NCBI GenBank assembly: GCA_018895015.1
Contig: JAHIOX010000027.1
Coordinates: forward strand, 1 to 58,940
Origin: Patescibacteria group bacterium
GTDB lineage: Bacteria; Patescibacteriota; Minisyncoccia; UBA9983
Direction: 5' to 3'
DNA length: 58,940 nt
Shown in pieces: positions 27,533 to 37,440 of this stretch. Below the pieces are notes generated by a model, which ran no database searches, was not told the origin of the DNA, and saw only the letters and a program-made list of their open reading frames with translations. A program made the position numbers and the translations under genes. Numbering within the stretch: position 1 is the stretch's first letter; each line of letters opens with the position of its first letter.

Positions 27533-28408
27533 TTATCCACAGCCGCAGATTCCGCCCATCGGATCCCAGATTGACGAATTGGCGTATCCGCACACTCCGT
27601 TTATGCACCCGGTGTTAATTTGGCATCCTCCGACTCCGCAATCCGGCACAAACCAACAGCCGTGCTTGCCGCAATTATATCCGCAGTTACAGCATGGCGC
27701 CCACAGGTTGGCTCCAATCGGTTTTGGCGCGCCAATCCAAAAACAACTAACAATGGCGCAAGCTTTTTCTCCAAACGCGACCAATGCCAATTTTTCAATG
27801 CTTTTTTTAATGTAAATTTGCGATATTGATTTTGCCTGTTTTTCTTTTTCATTAAGCTCCGGAAGCGTATTGTTAACGCCGAATTTAAATCCTATTTTTT
27901 GGCCTTCTGTTATTGCGCCCTGAGCCGCAAGATAGTCTATGTATTTGTTGAGAAAGGCGATGATTTTTTCTTCTGACGTGAATTGTTTTTCGTCAGCGCT
28001 TATGGGATAGCCGTTATCCTCCATCATTTTTGCCATAGCGTTAAGGTATTCAATGTAATAATCAGGATAAGCGATTTTAAAATATTCTTCGTCGTTCATC
28101 GCTTTTTTCTCCTGAACAGGCAAAGATTCTTGGCTCTTGTCCGATAGGGGATTGTCCGATAGAAAAGAAAAGCCCGATTGTTTTATGAACGGGTCAATAA
28201 ATGTTTGCTTAAATTGGTTTTGCTGGTTTTGCGGCAGAGAGTAAGAAGTTTTAATTTTTTCTATTTCTAAATTTGATGCCGGCATTTTTTCTTCTTTGTT
28301 TTCTTTCTTTTCAGGCAAAGCAGTATAATTAAAAATCAAAAAAATAAAAATAATTGCGGTAGCAAGAGACGCTGACAGCAGCGCGATTTTTTTATTTTTT
28401 TCTGCCAT
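27533..28408 (-). CDS. Membrane-anchored protein with 13-Cys C-terminal domain
   Basis: N-terminal TM, charged middle, last 75 aa contain 13 Cys and end IWDPMGGICGCG. Confidence 0.8.
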   Translation of the reverse strand: MAEKNKKIALLSASLATAIIFIFLIFNYTALPEKKENKEEKMPASNLEIEKIKTSYSLPQNQQNQFKQTFIDPFIKQSGFSFLSDNPLSDKSQESLPVQEKKAMNDEEYFKIAYPDYYIEYLNAMAKMMEDNGYPISADEKQFTSEEKIIAFLNKYIDYLAAQGAITEGQKIGFKFGVNNTLPELNEKEKQAKSISQIYIKKSIEKLALVAFGEKACAIVSCFWIGAPKPIGANLWAPCCNCGYNCGKHGCWFVPDCGVGGCQINTGCINGVCGYANSSIWDPMGGICGCG

Positions 28409-28481
28409 AAATTTATTTTAACTTAAATTTCGTTATTTATCCACAAATAAAGTTTGCGTAATAATAATTTTTTTATAAAGA

Positions 28482-28490
28482 TGCTATAAT
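28482..28490 (+). promoter_or_regulatory. Extended -10 promoter heading the T4SS-like operon
   Basis: TGCTATAAT, 34 nt before TTG 28525; perfect DnaA box upstream at 28437-28445. Confidence 0.55.
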
Positions 28491-28524
28491 AAATAAGGCG
28501 CAATAATGCCGAATTTTATCATAT

Positions 28525-29505
28525 TTGCCGAGCAAAAAGTTTATTTACATAATTTTGGCGTTAGTCCTGCTGGTTGTTGCGGGATATTTGAGTTTTTTTA
28601 AAAACAAAAAAACCGGAGAATCGCTTTCAGGCAAAGAAAAAGGTTTTTTGTCATCATTTTTGGAGAAGAACCAAAATGACAAAGACAATGACGGGTTAAA
28701 AGATTGGGAAGAAAATCTTTGGAAAACCGACCTGAATAATCCTGATACTGACGGAGATGGAGCGCTGGACGGCGAAGAAACAAGAACAGGCAGAGATCCG
28801 CTAAAAGCCGGGCCTGATGATTTGATGGAAAATAAATTTTCCGCTTCCGCAAGTTCTTCAAAAAATAATTTTTCGGACAATGAAAGTTCTTTGACTGACA
28901 ATTTTTCAAAACAGTTTTTCTCGGAGTATTTGAAATTAAGGGAAGAGGGCGGGATTGACGAGTCGGATAAGGAAAAGCTGATCAATTCTTTTATGGAAAG
29001 CGTCCAGAACGAGCCGATTGGCGATTATCAGACATATAAAATTTCGGATATTAAAATCATTGATGATAATTCTGCTGTCGCGGCCAGGCGATACGGCAAT
29101 CAAGTTGGAAAAGTTTTGGATAATTTTAAAAATTTGACGGGGAACGAAATGGATATTATGCGCGCGGCGCTGGAAGAAGACAAGCCGGAAGAATTGAGCA
29201 AGCTGAATTTGTTCGCGTCAGCTTACAGGAAAAGCGCCGACGATTTTTTAAAAATTCAATGCCCGCCTTCTTTTTCCCAGACGCACCTTGATTTGATAAA
29301 CAGCTTTTTGGCCGTAGAATACGCGGTGGTTCAGGCGCAAAAAATATTTGACGATCCGATACGCGCCATGCAGGGAATAAAATTATATTTTGACCAAGGA
29401 AAAAAAATTATAGAAATATTTTCAAAAATGGGAGCGGAATTTGAAAAAAAAGATGTTTATTTCGGTTCGGATGAGCCAGGGTCTAATCTTTTACAATATT
29501 TTTAA
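28525..29505 (+). CDS. Membrane-anchored protein with TSP3-like Ca-binding repeats
   Basis: N-terminal TM; DKDNDGLKDWEE and DTDGDGALDGEE DxDxDG motifs. Confidence 0.8.
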   Translation: MPSKKFIYIILALVLLVVAGYLSFFKNKKTGESLSGKEKGFLSSFLEKNQNDKDNDGLKDWEENLWKTDLNNPDTDGDGALDGEETRTGRDPLKAGPDDLMENKFSASASSSKNNFSDNESSLTDNFSKQFFSEYLKLREEGGIDESDKEKLINSFMESVQNEPIGDYQTYKISDIKIIDDNSAVAARRYGNQVGKVLDNFKNLTGNEMDIMRAALEEDKPEELSKLNLFASAYRKSADDFLKIQCPPSFSQTHLDLINSFLAVEYAVVQAQKIFDDPIRAMQGIKLYFDQGKKIIEIFSKMGAEFEKKDVYFGSDEPGSNLLQYF

Positions 29506-29512
29506 AGCTTAT

Positions 29513-30805
29513 ATGAATAATAAAAAAACAAAAAAAATTATACCGGCGATTTTGCTGATTTTCATGCTTTTGCCGCCGATATTTTTATTTAATATTCAGA
29601 AAGCCAATGCCATAGTGCCTGTAGCTGATATGGTAAACAATCCTAAAGAGCAAATACTTGATGCTGTCGGCTGGATGGCCGCTAAAACAGTTATCCGACA
29701 ATTTACAACCGGAATTGTAAATTGGATAAATACCGGTTTTGAAGGCAATCCCGTGTTTATAACGGATTTTAACGCGTTTTTGAAGGATATCGCGAATGAG
29801 GCGACTGGCATATTTATTGAGGAATTGGAACTGACTGACTTGTGCAGTCCGTTTAGGCCCCAGTTGCTGGCGGCATTTAAAAAAGGAAAGCCGTATGAAT
29901 GGCGGATGAAGTGCACACTTAACGATGTTGTTGACAATATTGAAGCGTTTGAGAAAGATTTTAACGCCGGCGGGTGGAAAGCGTGGATGTCAATGACGAC
30001 TCAAAGCCAGAACAATGTTTATGGCGCTTATTTGGAATCACTGGACGAACTTGAAGCAAAAAAAGCGGCGGCAATGCGCGCCGCGGAAAAAGAAGCTGAA
30101 ATGGGCAATGGTTTTATGAGCATGAAGGTCTGCGCTTCCAGAACGGCTAAAGGCAGTTGCGAGAAATGGGAGATAACTACTCCGGGCAAAATTATTGAAG
30201 GCCAGTTAAACGAAACTCTTGGCACAGACCTTAGGCAGTTGGAAATCGCGGATGAGTTGAATGAAATTGCCGCGGCCGCGGTAAATCAGATGTTTACATG
30301 GGTTATAACCGGAGGAAGCGGAGGCGGCGGGTTAAGAGGAACTTCCGGAGCTTCGGTTAAAACAGCGGCTGTTGATTTTGAAAAGATACGCAGGGATTTT
30401 ATCAGCGAAATTGATAAAACCGTCAGCCAGGAGATTGTTTACAGAAACATAAAACAGCGCTCAGCAGACACATTAAAAGACATTAAAGATGCTTACATAA
30501 AATTGGAAAATTGCGATAAATTGGACCATGCAACAGAAATAAGCGCGGCAGATTCCAAAATCGCCTCTTTGCAAAACGAGGTGTCAAGGTCAAATGTTCT
30601 TATTGATAATTTGAATTATATCAGGGGCAAAGCGCTGACGGCTGCCGACGCGGTTCAGTTGGCTTATTTGTCCAGCGATTACGTTAAGTTAAGCGAGCAA
30701 GTAAGAAGCCATGACCAGATTAGCGCGCAGAACGAATTGGACGGGTATAAAACACAATTAACACAGGTTCAGAATACATTGACGCGATGTCTTAGGAAAA
30801 ATTAG
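29513..30805 (+). CDS. Secreted hypothetical protein of CPR T4SS-like clusters
   Basis: Signal peptide ending KANA; paired Cys; C-terminal coiled coil; start moved to ATG 29513. Confidence 0.7.
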   Translation: MNNKKTKKIIPAILLIFMLLPPIFLFNIQKANAIVPVADMVNNPKEQILDAVGWMAAKTVIRQFTTGIVNWINTGFEGNPVFITDFNAFLKDIANEATGIFIEELELTDLCSPFRPQLLAAFKKGKPYEWRMKCTLNDVVDNIEAFEKDFNAGGWKAWMSMTTQSQNNVYGAYLESLDELEAKKAAAMRAAEKEAEMGNGFMSMKVCASRTAKGSCEKWEITTPGKIIEGQLNETLGTDLRQLEIADELNEIAAAAVNQMFTWVITGGSGGGGLRGTSGASVKTAAVDFEKIRRDFISEIDKTVSQEIVYRNIKQRSADTLKDIKDAYIKLENCDKLDHATEISAADSKIASLQNEVSRSNVLIDNLNYIRGKALTAADAVQLAYLSSDYVKLSEQVRSHDQISAQNELDGYKTQLTQVQNTLTRCLRKN

Positions 30806-30817
30806 AAATGAATAATT

Positions 30818-32686
30818 ATGAATAATAAATTTAAAAAATTCCGCCCGCTTGCTTTGTTCGGAGTCATAAGCGTTTTGGCTGTTTTGTTTTTTTTTGATAT
30901 TCATTACGCTCACGCCGGCGTATGGGATTTGATTTGGAATACAACGAAAAATGGCATTGCCACTCTCGCGGCGTATATATTGTATTATCTTGTGTTTATG
31001 CCAATATCCGGCGTATTTTGGGCAGCCGGCCAATTTTTTAATGTTTGCGTCGCCATTTCGCTGAACAGCGAAGTTTTTAACACAAAAATGGTTGTTGATG
31101 GATGGGCCATATCGCGAGATGTCGCGAACCTGTTTTTTATATTTATTCTTCTTTATATCGCTATCGCGACAATTCTGCAGCTAAGCAATTACGGGACGAA
31201 GCAACTGTTAGGCAAGATTATAATTATCGCTTTGCTTGTGAATTTCAGCTTGCTCATAACAAGAGTAATTGTTGATTCGTCAAATATTTTGGCTTTGGAG
31301 TTTTATGATTCCATTTCTGTTGAGGGAGGGACAGCGACTTCAATAATGGCCGGCGGAACCGCCAAAGATTTGTCCCAGGTTTTTGTGAGCGGTTTTAATC
31401 CTCAAAATTTATTAAAATCCAAAAATTTCGCAAGCACCATAGATGAAGGGGTTATAGACACTCTGCTGGTGGTTGTGGTTTCAATGTTGCTTGCCTCAAT
31501 ATTGGTGTTGGTCGCGGCATTTGTTCTTTTTGCCGCGGGCATCCTTTTTGTGATTCGTACTGTTACGCTGTGGCTTTTAATGGTTTTGGCGCCATTGGCT
31601 TTTTTGGCAATGACGCTTCCGGCGACAAAAGGCCACGCGTCTAAGTGGTGGACAAAATTATTTGAGCAGTCGTTTTTCGCTCCGGTTTTTATGTTTTTAT
31701 TTTATCTTGTCGCGAAAATAATCGATTCCGGCTTTCTTAATAATATGGTAACAAGCATAGATGTCGGCGGCGGAGTGAGCGAGGGCTTTAAAGAAACTTT
31801 TTCAACTTTCGCGGTTGTTTCAATACAATTTGTTTTTCTAGGCGCTTTGATGATAGCATGTCTTGTTATCGCGAAACAAATGGGCGCGTACGGGGCGACA
31901 ACAATGCAAAGCTGGGGCCAGAGCGCAAGAAAATGGGGGCAGGGATACGCGGGCAAGGTCGCGCTCCGCCGTCTGTCTCCGCTCGCGCGCGAAATGGAAT
32001 CAGGCAAAGCGCAGGAGCGCAGCAAATATAATCCCATGCGGCTTCCAATGTGGGCGGCGCGCAAGGCTGGAAAAGCCGCGCCGTATATTCCGGGAGCGCA
32101 GGCTGGGTTGCAGACTTTGGGAACGCATTATGGCAGGGACGTTGAAGATCGGGCAAAAAATTTGGACAAATTCAGTTCGGATGAATTATCAAGAAGAATC
32201 AAGATCGCGACTTTACCTGTTGATCGCGCGGCAATAATGAAAAAACTTACCGAAAGAGGCGATATTGGCAAATTAAATGATGTTGATGTTAGAAAGGGCA
32301 AGGCATTATTGTCTAATGTGGGAATGGCAGGCGCCATAAAAGATATTGATAGATTAAGGCCTGATCTTGCCGGCACATCTGCGGAGATTAAAAAAGCCGT
32401 TAGTTATCAGAACCCCGAGCATGTGGCTAAACTTAATAAATCATTAAGTTCAAACAATGACGTTATTGAAGGCATGCTGGATCATTATAAAGCGGGGCAT
32501 ATCAGCGCGCTGGTTAATAGGGGGGATGAATTGTTTGCTGAATACGCAAAAGCGCTGGAGGCATTGGATGCATCTGGTGCTAAAAATACGGCGAATATTG
32601 CGGCGGCATTGCGAAGCCGAAAAAATGAAGGCGCGGCAAAATGGATAGAAACGACAACCGCTAAACAACTTTTGGGGCTTTCCTAA
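30818..32686 (+). CDS. VirB6/TrbL-like polytopic membrane protein
   Basis: Many TMs; RDVANLFFIFILLY, LLVNFSL, RTVTLWLLMVLAPLAF, WWTKL; upstream of prgI and virB4. Confidence 0.7.
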   Translation: MNNKFKKFRPLALFGVISVLAVLFFFDIHYAHAGVWDLIWNTTKNGIATLAAYILYYLVFMPISGVFWAAGQFFNVCVAISLNSEVFNTKMVVDGWAISRDVANLFFIFILLYIAIATILQLSNYGTKQLLGKIIIIALLVNFSLLITRVIVDSSNILALEFYDSISVEGGTATSIMAGGTAKDLSQVFVSGFNPQNLLKSKNFASTIDEGVIDTLLVVVVSMLLASILVLVAAFVLFAAGILFVIRTVTLWLLMVLAPLAFLAMTLPATKGHASKWWTKLFEQSFFAPVFMFLFYLVAKIIDSGFLNNMVTSIDVGGGVSEGFKETFSTFAVVSIQFVFLGALMIACLVIAKQMGAYGATTMQSWGQSARKWGQGYAGKVALRRLSPLAREMESGKAQERSKYNPMRLPMWAARKAGKAAPYIPGAQAGLQTLGTHYGRDVEDRAKNLDKFSSDELSRRIKIATLPVDRAAIMKKLTERGDIGKLNDVDVRKGKALLSNVGMAGAIKDIDRLRPDLAGTSAEIKKAVSYQNPEHVAKLNKSLSSNNDVIEGMLDHYKAGHISALVNRGDELFAEYAKALEALDASGAKNTANIAAALRSRKNEGAAKWIETTTAKQLLGLS

Positions 32687-32714
32687 TTAAAATCTTAATT
32701 TTTTAACAATTATT

Positions 32715-33296
32715 ATGCCAAAATTAACACCCGAACAAATTAGAAAAATTTATTTAAATCTTCCAAAAGATTTGCAAGAGGCGATTTTGAGCGTTGACAG
32801 CGCTGAAAAGATTAGAGCCATAGGAGAAAAATACCATTTGGCCATTGATAAAATGGGAGAGATGGCTGATGAGACCGGCTTGGTTATGCTTGGCTTGACC
32901 AGCCCGCGCGAATTTATTCCCAATCTGGCGGCAAGACTTAATGTTGACAAGGAGATGGCAAGAAAAATAGCGGAAGAAATTAACGGCCAGGTGTTTGTTC
33001 GCGTCAGAGAATCATTAAAAAAAGTGCATGCGATTAAGGAAGAAGGCGGTGGCAAAGAAGAGCATCCGCAAAAAGCGGAAATATTAAATGAGATAGAAAA
33101 AGAGGATGGCAAAGAAGAAACCCCGTCTATTTTAAAAGGGATTGCAGTGCCGCTTGCGCCGAGCCTGCCTGCGCAGGCAGGTGAAGTCGAGGTGCCCCAT
33201 CCTTTTGAAGCAAAGATAAAGAATGAAGTTTTCAGAATACCTCCGGAGGAAAGAAAATATAAAGGGAGCGACCCTTATAAGGAACCAATAATATGA
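32715..33296 (+). CDS. Conserved CPR-type hypothetical protein
   Basis: LPKDLQEAILS, GLVMLGL, ends DPYKEPI; inside the operon. Confidence 0.75.
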   Translation: MPKLTPEQIRKIYLNLPKDLQEAILSVDSAEKIRAIGEKYHLAIDKMGEMADETGLVMLGLTSPREFIPNLAARLNVDKEMARKIAEEINGQVFVRVRESLKKVHAIKEEGGGKEEHPQKAEILNEIEKEDGKEETPSILKGIAVPLAPSLPAQAGEVEVPHPFEAKIKNEVFRIPPEERKYKGSDPYKEPII

Positions 33297-33700
33297 GATT
33301 CCAAGTCCCTCAATTTATAGAAGTGGAAAGCAAAATTTTCGGTCCGTTAACGCTCAAGCAGTTTATTTATCTGTTGGGCGGGGCAGGAGTGATTTTCCTT
33401 TTGTATGTTGTTTTGCCATTTTGGCTTATGATTATTTTCGCTTTGCCAGTCGGCGCTTTTTCTTTAGCTTTGGCGTTTTATAAAATAAATAACCGCCCTT
33501 TTATAAAAGTGGCTGAAAGCGCTTTGAAGTATTTTATTGCGGATAATTTATATTTATGGAAGAAAAAACAACGCAAATCCGATGTTCCGCAAACTAAGGT
33601 CGTGAAAGAAACACCGCCTTCTCTTTATGTGCCTAAGCTTACGGAAAGCAAATTAAAGGATTTATCATGGAGTCTGGATATTAAAGATACGCTCAAATAA
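33293..33700 (+). CDS. PrgI-family (VirB3-like) protein
   Basis: FQVPQFIEVESKIFGPLTLKQF, two TMs, KINNRPF. Confidence 0.85.
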   Translation: MRFQVPQFIEVESKIFGPLTLKQFIYLLGGAGVIFLLYVVLPFWLMIIFALPVGAFSLALAFYKINNRPFIKVAESALKYFIADNLYLWKKKQRKSDVPQTKVVKETPPSLYVPKLTESKLKDLSWSLDIKDTLK

Positions 33701-33702
33701 TT

Positions 33703-34335
33703 ATGGCTATAGCTTCAAAAGCAACTCAAGAATTTATCCCGATAAAGGAAATTCGCGACGGAGTCGTTATTTTAAAGGACAATTCTTTGCATATTATTTT
33801 AATGGCTTCAACTTTGAACTTTGCCTTAAAGTCAGAGGATGAGCAGACCGCGATTCTTATGCAATATCAGAATTTTTTAAACTCCCTTGATTTTTCAGTC
33901 CAGTTTTTTGTTGAATCAAGAAAGCTGAATATCGGTCCGTACATCGCGACTTTAAAAAATGCGGAAGAAGAGCAGGCGAATGAATTGCTTAAAATCCAAA
34001 CGAGGGAATACATAGAATTTGTCAAAAATTTTGTGAAATCAACAAATATAGTAGCGAAAACTTTTTATGTAACGGTCGCGTATAACCCTTCTGTTTTCGG
34101 TATTAACAATAAAGGATTTCTTGGAGATATTGGGAAAAAATTTACAAGCAAAAGCGATAGCGCGCCAGGAGAACGTTTTGAAGAGCATGTGTTACAGCTT
34201 CAGCAGAGAGCATCTGTGGTTCAGCAGGGATTGGCCGGCGCCGGCGTCAGGACAGTCGCTCTTAATACGGAAGAGCTTATAGAATTATTTTATAAACTGT
34301 TTAATCCGGGGGAATTGGAAAAAGAAATAAAATAA
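33703..34335 (+). CDS. T4SS-associated protein (VirB4/TraC N-terminal-like)
   Basis: NFALKSEDEQ, FLNSLDF, LNTEELIELFY; between prgI and virB4. Confidence 0.65.
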   Translation: MAIASKATQEFIPIKEIRDGVVILKDNSLHIILMASTLNFALKSEDEQTAILMQYQNFLNSLDFSVQFFVESRKLNIGPYIATLKNAEEEQANELLKIQTREYIEFVKNFVKSTNIVAKTFYVTVAYNPSVFGINNKGFLGDIGKKFTSKSDSAPGERFEEHVLQLQQRASVVQQGLAGAGVRTVALNTEELIELFYKLFNPGELEKEIK

Positions 34336-34340
34336 AATTT

Positions 34341-36143
34341 ATGTCATTTTCAGATTTTTTTAAAAAAGAAAAAAAAGAAGAGGATATTACTCCGATTATT
34401 CCGCAAGAAATTTACGAGACCGGCGTTTTGCAGCTTCAGGACGTTATTGCTCCTTCGGCTTTGCAAATAACTCAAAATTATATCCGCATAGGGAGCAAAG
34501 TGGCAAAAATTATTTTTGTGATGGCATATCCCCGTTTTTTGGCAAGCGGGTGGTTTTCGCCGGTTATTAACCTGGATAAAGTTTTTGATATTTCTATTTT
34601 TGTGCATCCGGTTGATACGGCTTCAACTCTTAGGCAGCTTCAAAAAAAGGTTGCCGAGGTCCAGTCTCAAATCCATACAAGAGAAGAAAAAGGGCTCGTA
34701 CGCGATCCGATGCTTGATACCGCTTATCAGGACCTTGAGGATTTAAGGGATAAGCTTCAGCAGGCGCAAGAAAAACTTTTTAATGTCGGGCTTTACATCA
34801 CTATTTACGCTGACGACCTTGAAGAGCTTGACAGGCTTGAGATAGAAATAAGGTCGCTTCTTGAATCCAAGCTTGTCTATGTAAAACCGGCTCTTTTTCA
34901 GCAAAAAGAAGGCCTTGAAAGCGTTCTCCCGATTGGAATGGATAATCTGGGAATCAACACTCAACTTAATTCCTCGCCGGTCTCAAGCATATTCCCGTTC
35001 GTGTCTTTTGACCTTTCTTCGGACAAAGGAATTCTTTACGGCATCAACAGGCACAACAACAGTTTGGTTTTGTTTGACAGGTTTTCTATGGAAAATTACA
35101 ATTCAGTTATTTTCGCAAAGGCCGGTTCCGGAAAATCATACGCCGCTAAGCTGGAGGTGTTGCGGAGTTTGATGTTTGAAACAGAGGTGATTGTTATTGA
35201 CCCGGAAAAGGAATACGAATATTTAGCTGAAGTTGTTGACGGCAGATATTTTAATATCTCTTTGACTTCAAACCATCATATTAATCCGTTTGACCTTCCG
35301 CCGGTAAGGGAAGACGAATCTCCGGCGGATGTTCTGCGTTCAAACATTATCAGCCTTGTCGGCCTTTTCCGCCTTATGCTCGGCGGAATAACTCCGGAGG
35401 AAGATTCTATTATGGATAGAGCAATCACTGAAACTTACGCGGCGCGCGACATAACGCCGGAAAGCGATTTTTCTCATGCCATAGCCCCGACTCTTTCCGA
35501 TCTGGAGCTTGTTTTGGCCGGCATGGAGGGCGGGGAATCTTTGGCCCAGCGATTAAGCAAATATACCAAGGGCACATGGGCCGGTTTTATAAACCAGCCG
35601 ACAAATGTTGATATAAACAAGAAATTGGTCGTGTTTTCAATTAGAGACATGGAAGACGAGTTAAGGCCGATCGGAATGTATTTGATAACTCATTATGTAT
35701 GGAACGCGGTTAGAAAAGACATAAAGAAAAGGCTTCTTGTAATTGATGAGGCGTGGTGGATGATGAAATACGAAGACACTGCTTCGTTTTTGTTCGGCAT
35801 CGCTAAAAGGTGCAGAAAATACTATTTGGGGCTCGCGACGATTACCCAGGATGTGAATGATTTTCTTTCTTCTCCGTATGGCGCTCCGATTATCACTAAC
35901 TCCTCAATTCAGATTTTGCTTAAGCAGTCGCCGGCGACAATTGATTTGGTGCAGAAAACTTTTAATCTCACTGACGAAGAAAAATTCCTGCTTTTGGAGG
36001 CGGACGTCGGCGAGGGAATATTTTTTGCCGGCATGAAGCACGTCGCGATAAAAATTTTGGCTTCTTACACGGAAGACCAGATAATCACTTCCGACCCGTC
36101 GCAATTATTGGCAATTAAAAAGGCGAAAGAGGAATTAAAATAA
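34341..36143 (+). CDS. virB4: VirB4-like ATPase
   Basis: Walker A AKAGSGKS, VIDPEKEY, INPFDL, Walker B VIDEAW, RKYYLG, ITQD. Confidence 0.85.
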   Translation: MSFSDFFKKEKKEEDITPIIPQEIYETGVLQLQDVIAPSALQITQNYIRIGSKVAKIIFVMAYPRFLASGWFSPVINLDKVFDISIFVHPVDTASTLRQLQKKVAEVQSQIHTREEKGLVRDPMLDTAYQDLEDLRDKLQQAQEKLFNVGLYITIYADDLEELDRLEIEIRSLLESKLVYVKPALFQQKEGLESVLPIGMDNLGINTQLNSSPVSSIFPFVSFDLSSDKGILYGINRHNNSLVLFDRFSMENYNSVIFAKAGSGKSYAAKLEVLRSLMFETEVIVIDPEKEYEYLAEVVDGRYFNISLTSNHHINPFDLPPVREDESPADVLRSNIISLVGLFRLMLGGITPEEDSIMDRAITETYAARDITPESDFSHAIAPTLSDLELVLAGMEGGESLAQRLSKYTKGTWAGFINQPTNVDINKKLVVFSIRDMEDELRPIGMYLITHYVWNAVRKDIKKRLLVIDEAWWMMKYEDTASFLFGIAKRCRKYYLGLATITQDVNDFLSSPYGAPIITNSSIQILLKQSPATIDLVQKTFNLTDEEKFLLLEADVGEGIFFAGMKHVAIKILASYTEDQIITSDPSQLLAIKKAKEELK

Positions 36144-36146
36144 TAT

Positions 36147-36443
36147 ATGGAAAACGCGGAGGCAAAAACATCGCCGCTATCTTTCGGCAAAAAGATTTCA
36201 GAGCACTGGATTATTTTGCTGGCAGCCGTTATTTTTGATATTTTTGCCTTGATTCCGTTTATCAGCGTTATTTTTAATTTATGCTTTGCCGGAATTTTGT
36301 ATTTGTATTTTGCCAGCAGGGGCGATTCTAATTTTTTGAAAACAGGCCTTTTAATTGGAGGGGCAAGCGCCATTGATTTAATTTTAAGCTTTCTGCCGGT
36401 TAATGTCGGCGCCGCGTTATATAAAATTTTGAGCAAAAAATGA
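36147..36443 (+). CDS. Small membrane protein
   Basis: 98 aa with 2-3 hydrophobic segments; in operon. Confidence 0.65.
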   Translation: MENAEAKTSPLSFGKKISEHWIILLAAVIFDIFALIPFISVIFNLCFAGILYLYFASRGDSNFLKTGLLIGGASAIDLILSFLPVNVGAALYKILSKK

Positions 36444-36474
36444 TTAGTGTTATAATTAAATTAAATAAAGATTT

Positions 36475-37431
36475 ATGAAAAGAGGCGTTATAATGATTTT
36501 TTTGATAGTTTTGTTAGTCGGCATGCTGTGGTTGTCTAATTACGCAAGCGCGATTGGCGAAGATTTTATTGTTGGATTTACTCCAGAAAACCCGGGCCCT
36601 AACACAGAGATTATCGCAAAGGCGGCGAGTTATGTTTTTGACATAAATAGAGCGACTATCACATGGATTGTTAATGATAAGACAGCGCTAAAGGGCGTTG
36701 GTGAGAAAGAATTTTCTTTTAAAACAGGCGATTCGCTGTCTAGCACGCGGCTGTCGGTCGCGGTTGTTACGGAGGACGGGGAATACATAAGAAAAGATTT
36801 TTCTTTTAAGGGCACGGATGTTGACATATTATGGGAAGCTCTGACTTATACTCCTTCCGCGTATCAAGGCAAGGCGCTCCCTTCTTCTGAGTCCATGGTT
36901 AGGATAACCGCGGTGCCGCATTTTTCTGTTTTGCCGTCAAAATTGATTTATGAATGGAAAGTTGGTTACAAAAATATGCCTAGCTTGTCCGGAGCGGGGA
37001 AGCAATCATTTGTTTTAAAAATGCCTGAAAATTTTAATTCAGTTAAGGTGAGCGTGAATGTTTCCAGCTATAATAAAACTATTACGGCGGAGGAAAGTAT
37101 CAGCATATCGTCCGGAAAGCCAAAGATATTATTTTATGAATACAGCGAATTGGATGGCGCGCGGTACAACAAAGCGCTTAATAAAGAAATTCAATTAAAC
37201 GATAGCGAAATAACCATTAACGCGGAGCCATACTTTTTTTCCAGAAAAGACCTTGAGTATCTTTCATATAATTGGTCTATAAATAATCAAAAAGCGGAAA
37301 CCGAGAAATTTCCAAACTCTATTTTTTTGAAAAAAGGCGAGGGAAGCGGCGTATCCGTGATAGGATTAAAGATAGAGAACACTTTGAATATTTTGCAATT
37401 TGCAGAGAATTTTTTGCGAATAAATTTTTGA
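36475..37431 (+). CDS. Secreted beta-rich (Ig-like) hypothetical protein
   Basis: Signal peptide (YASA); repeated Y/I-x-W beta motifs; TGTTATAAT at 36448-36456. Confidence 0.7.
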   Translation: MKRGVIMIFLIVLLVGMLWLSNYASAIGEDFIVGFTPENPGPNTEIIAKAASYVFDINRATITWIVNDKTALKGVGEKEFSFKTGDSLSSTRLSVAVVTEDGEYIRKDFSFKGTDVDILWEALTYTPSAYQGKALPSSESMVRITAVPHFSVLPSKLIYEWKVGYKNMPSLSGAGKQSFVLKMPENFNSVKVSVNVSSYNKTITAEESISISSGKPKILFYEYSELDGARYNKALNKEIQLNDSEITINAEPYFFSRKDLEYLSYNWSINNQKAETEKFPNSIFLKKGEGSGVSVIGLKIENTLNILQFAENFLRINF

Positions 37432-37440
37432 CATAAAAAA

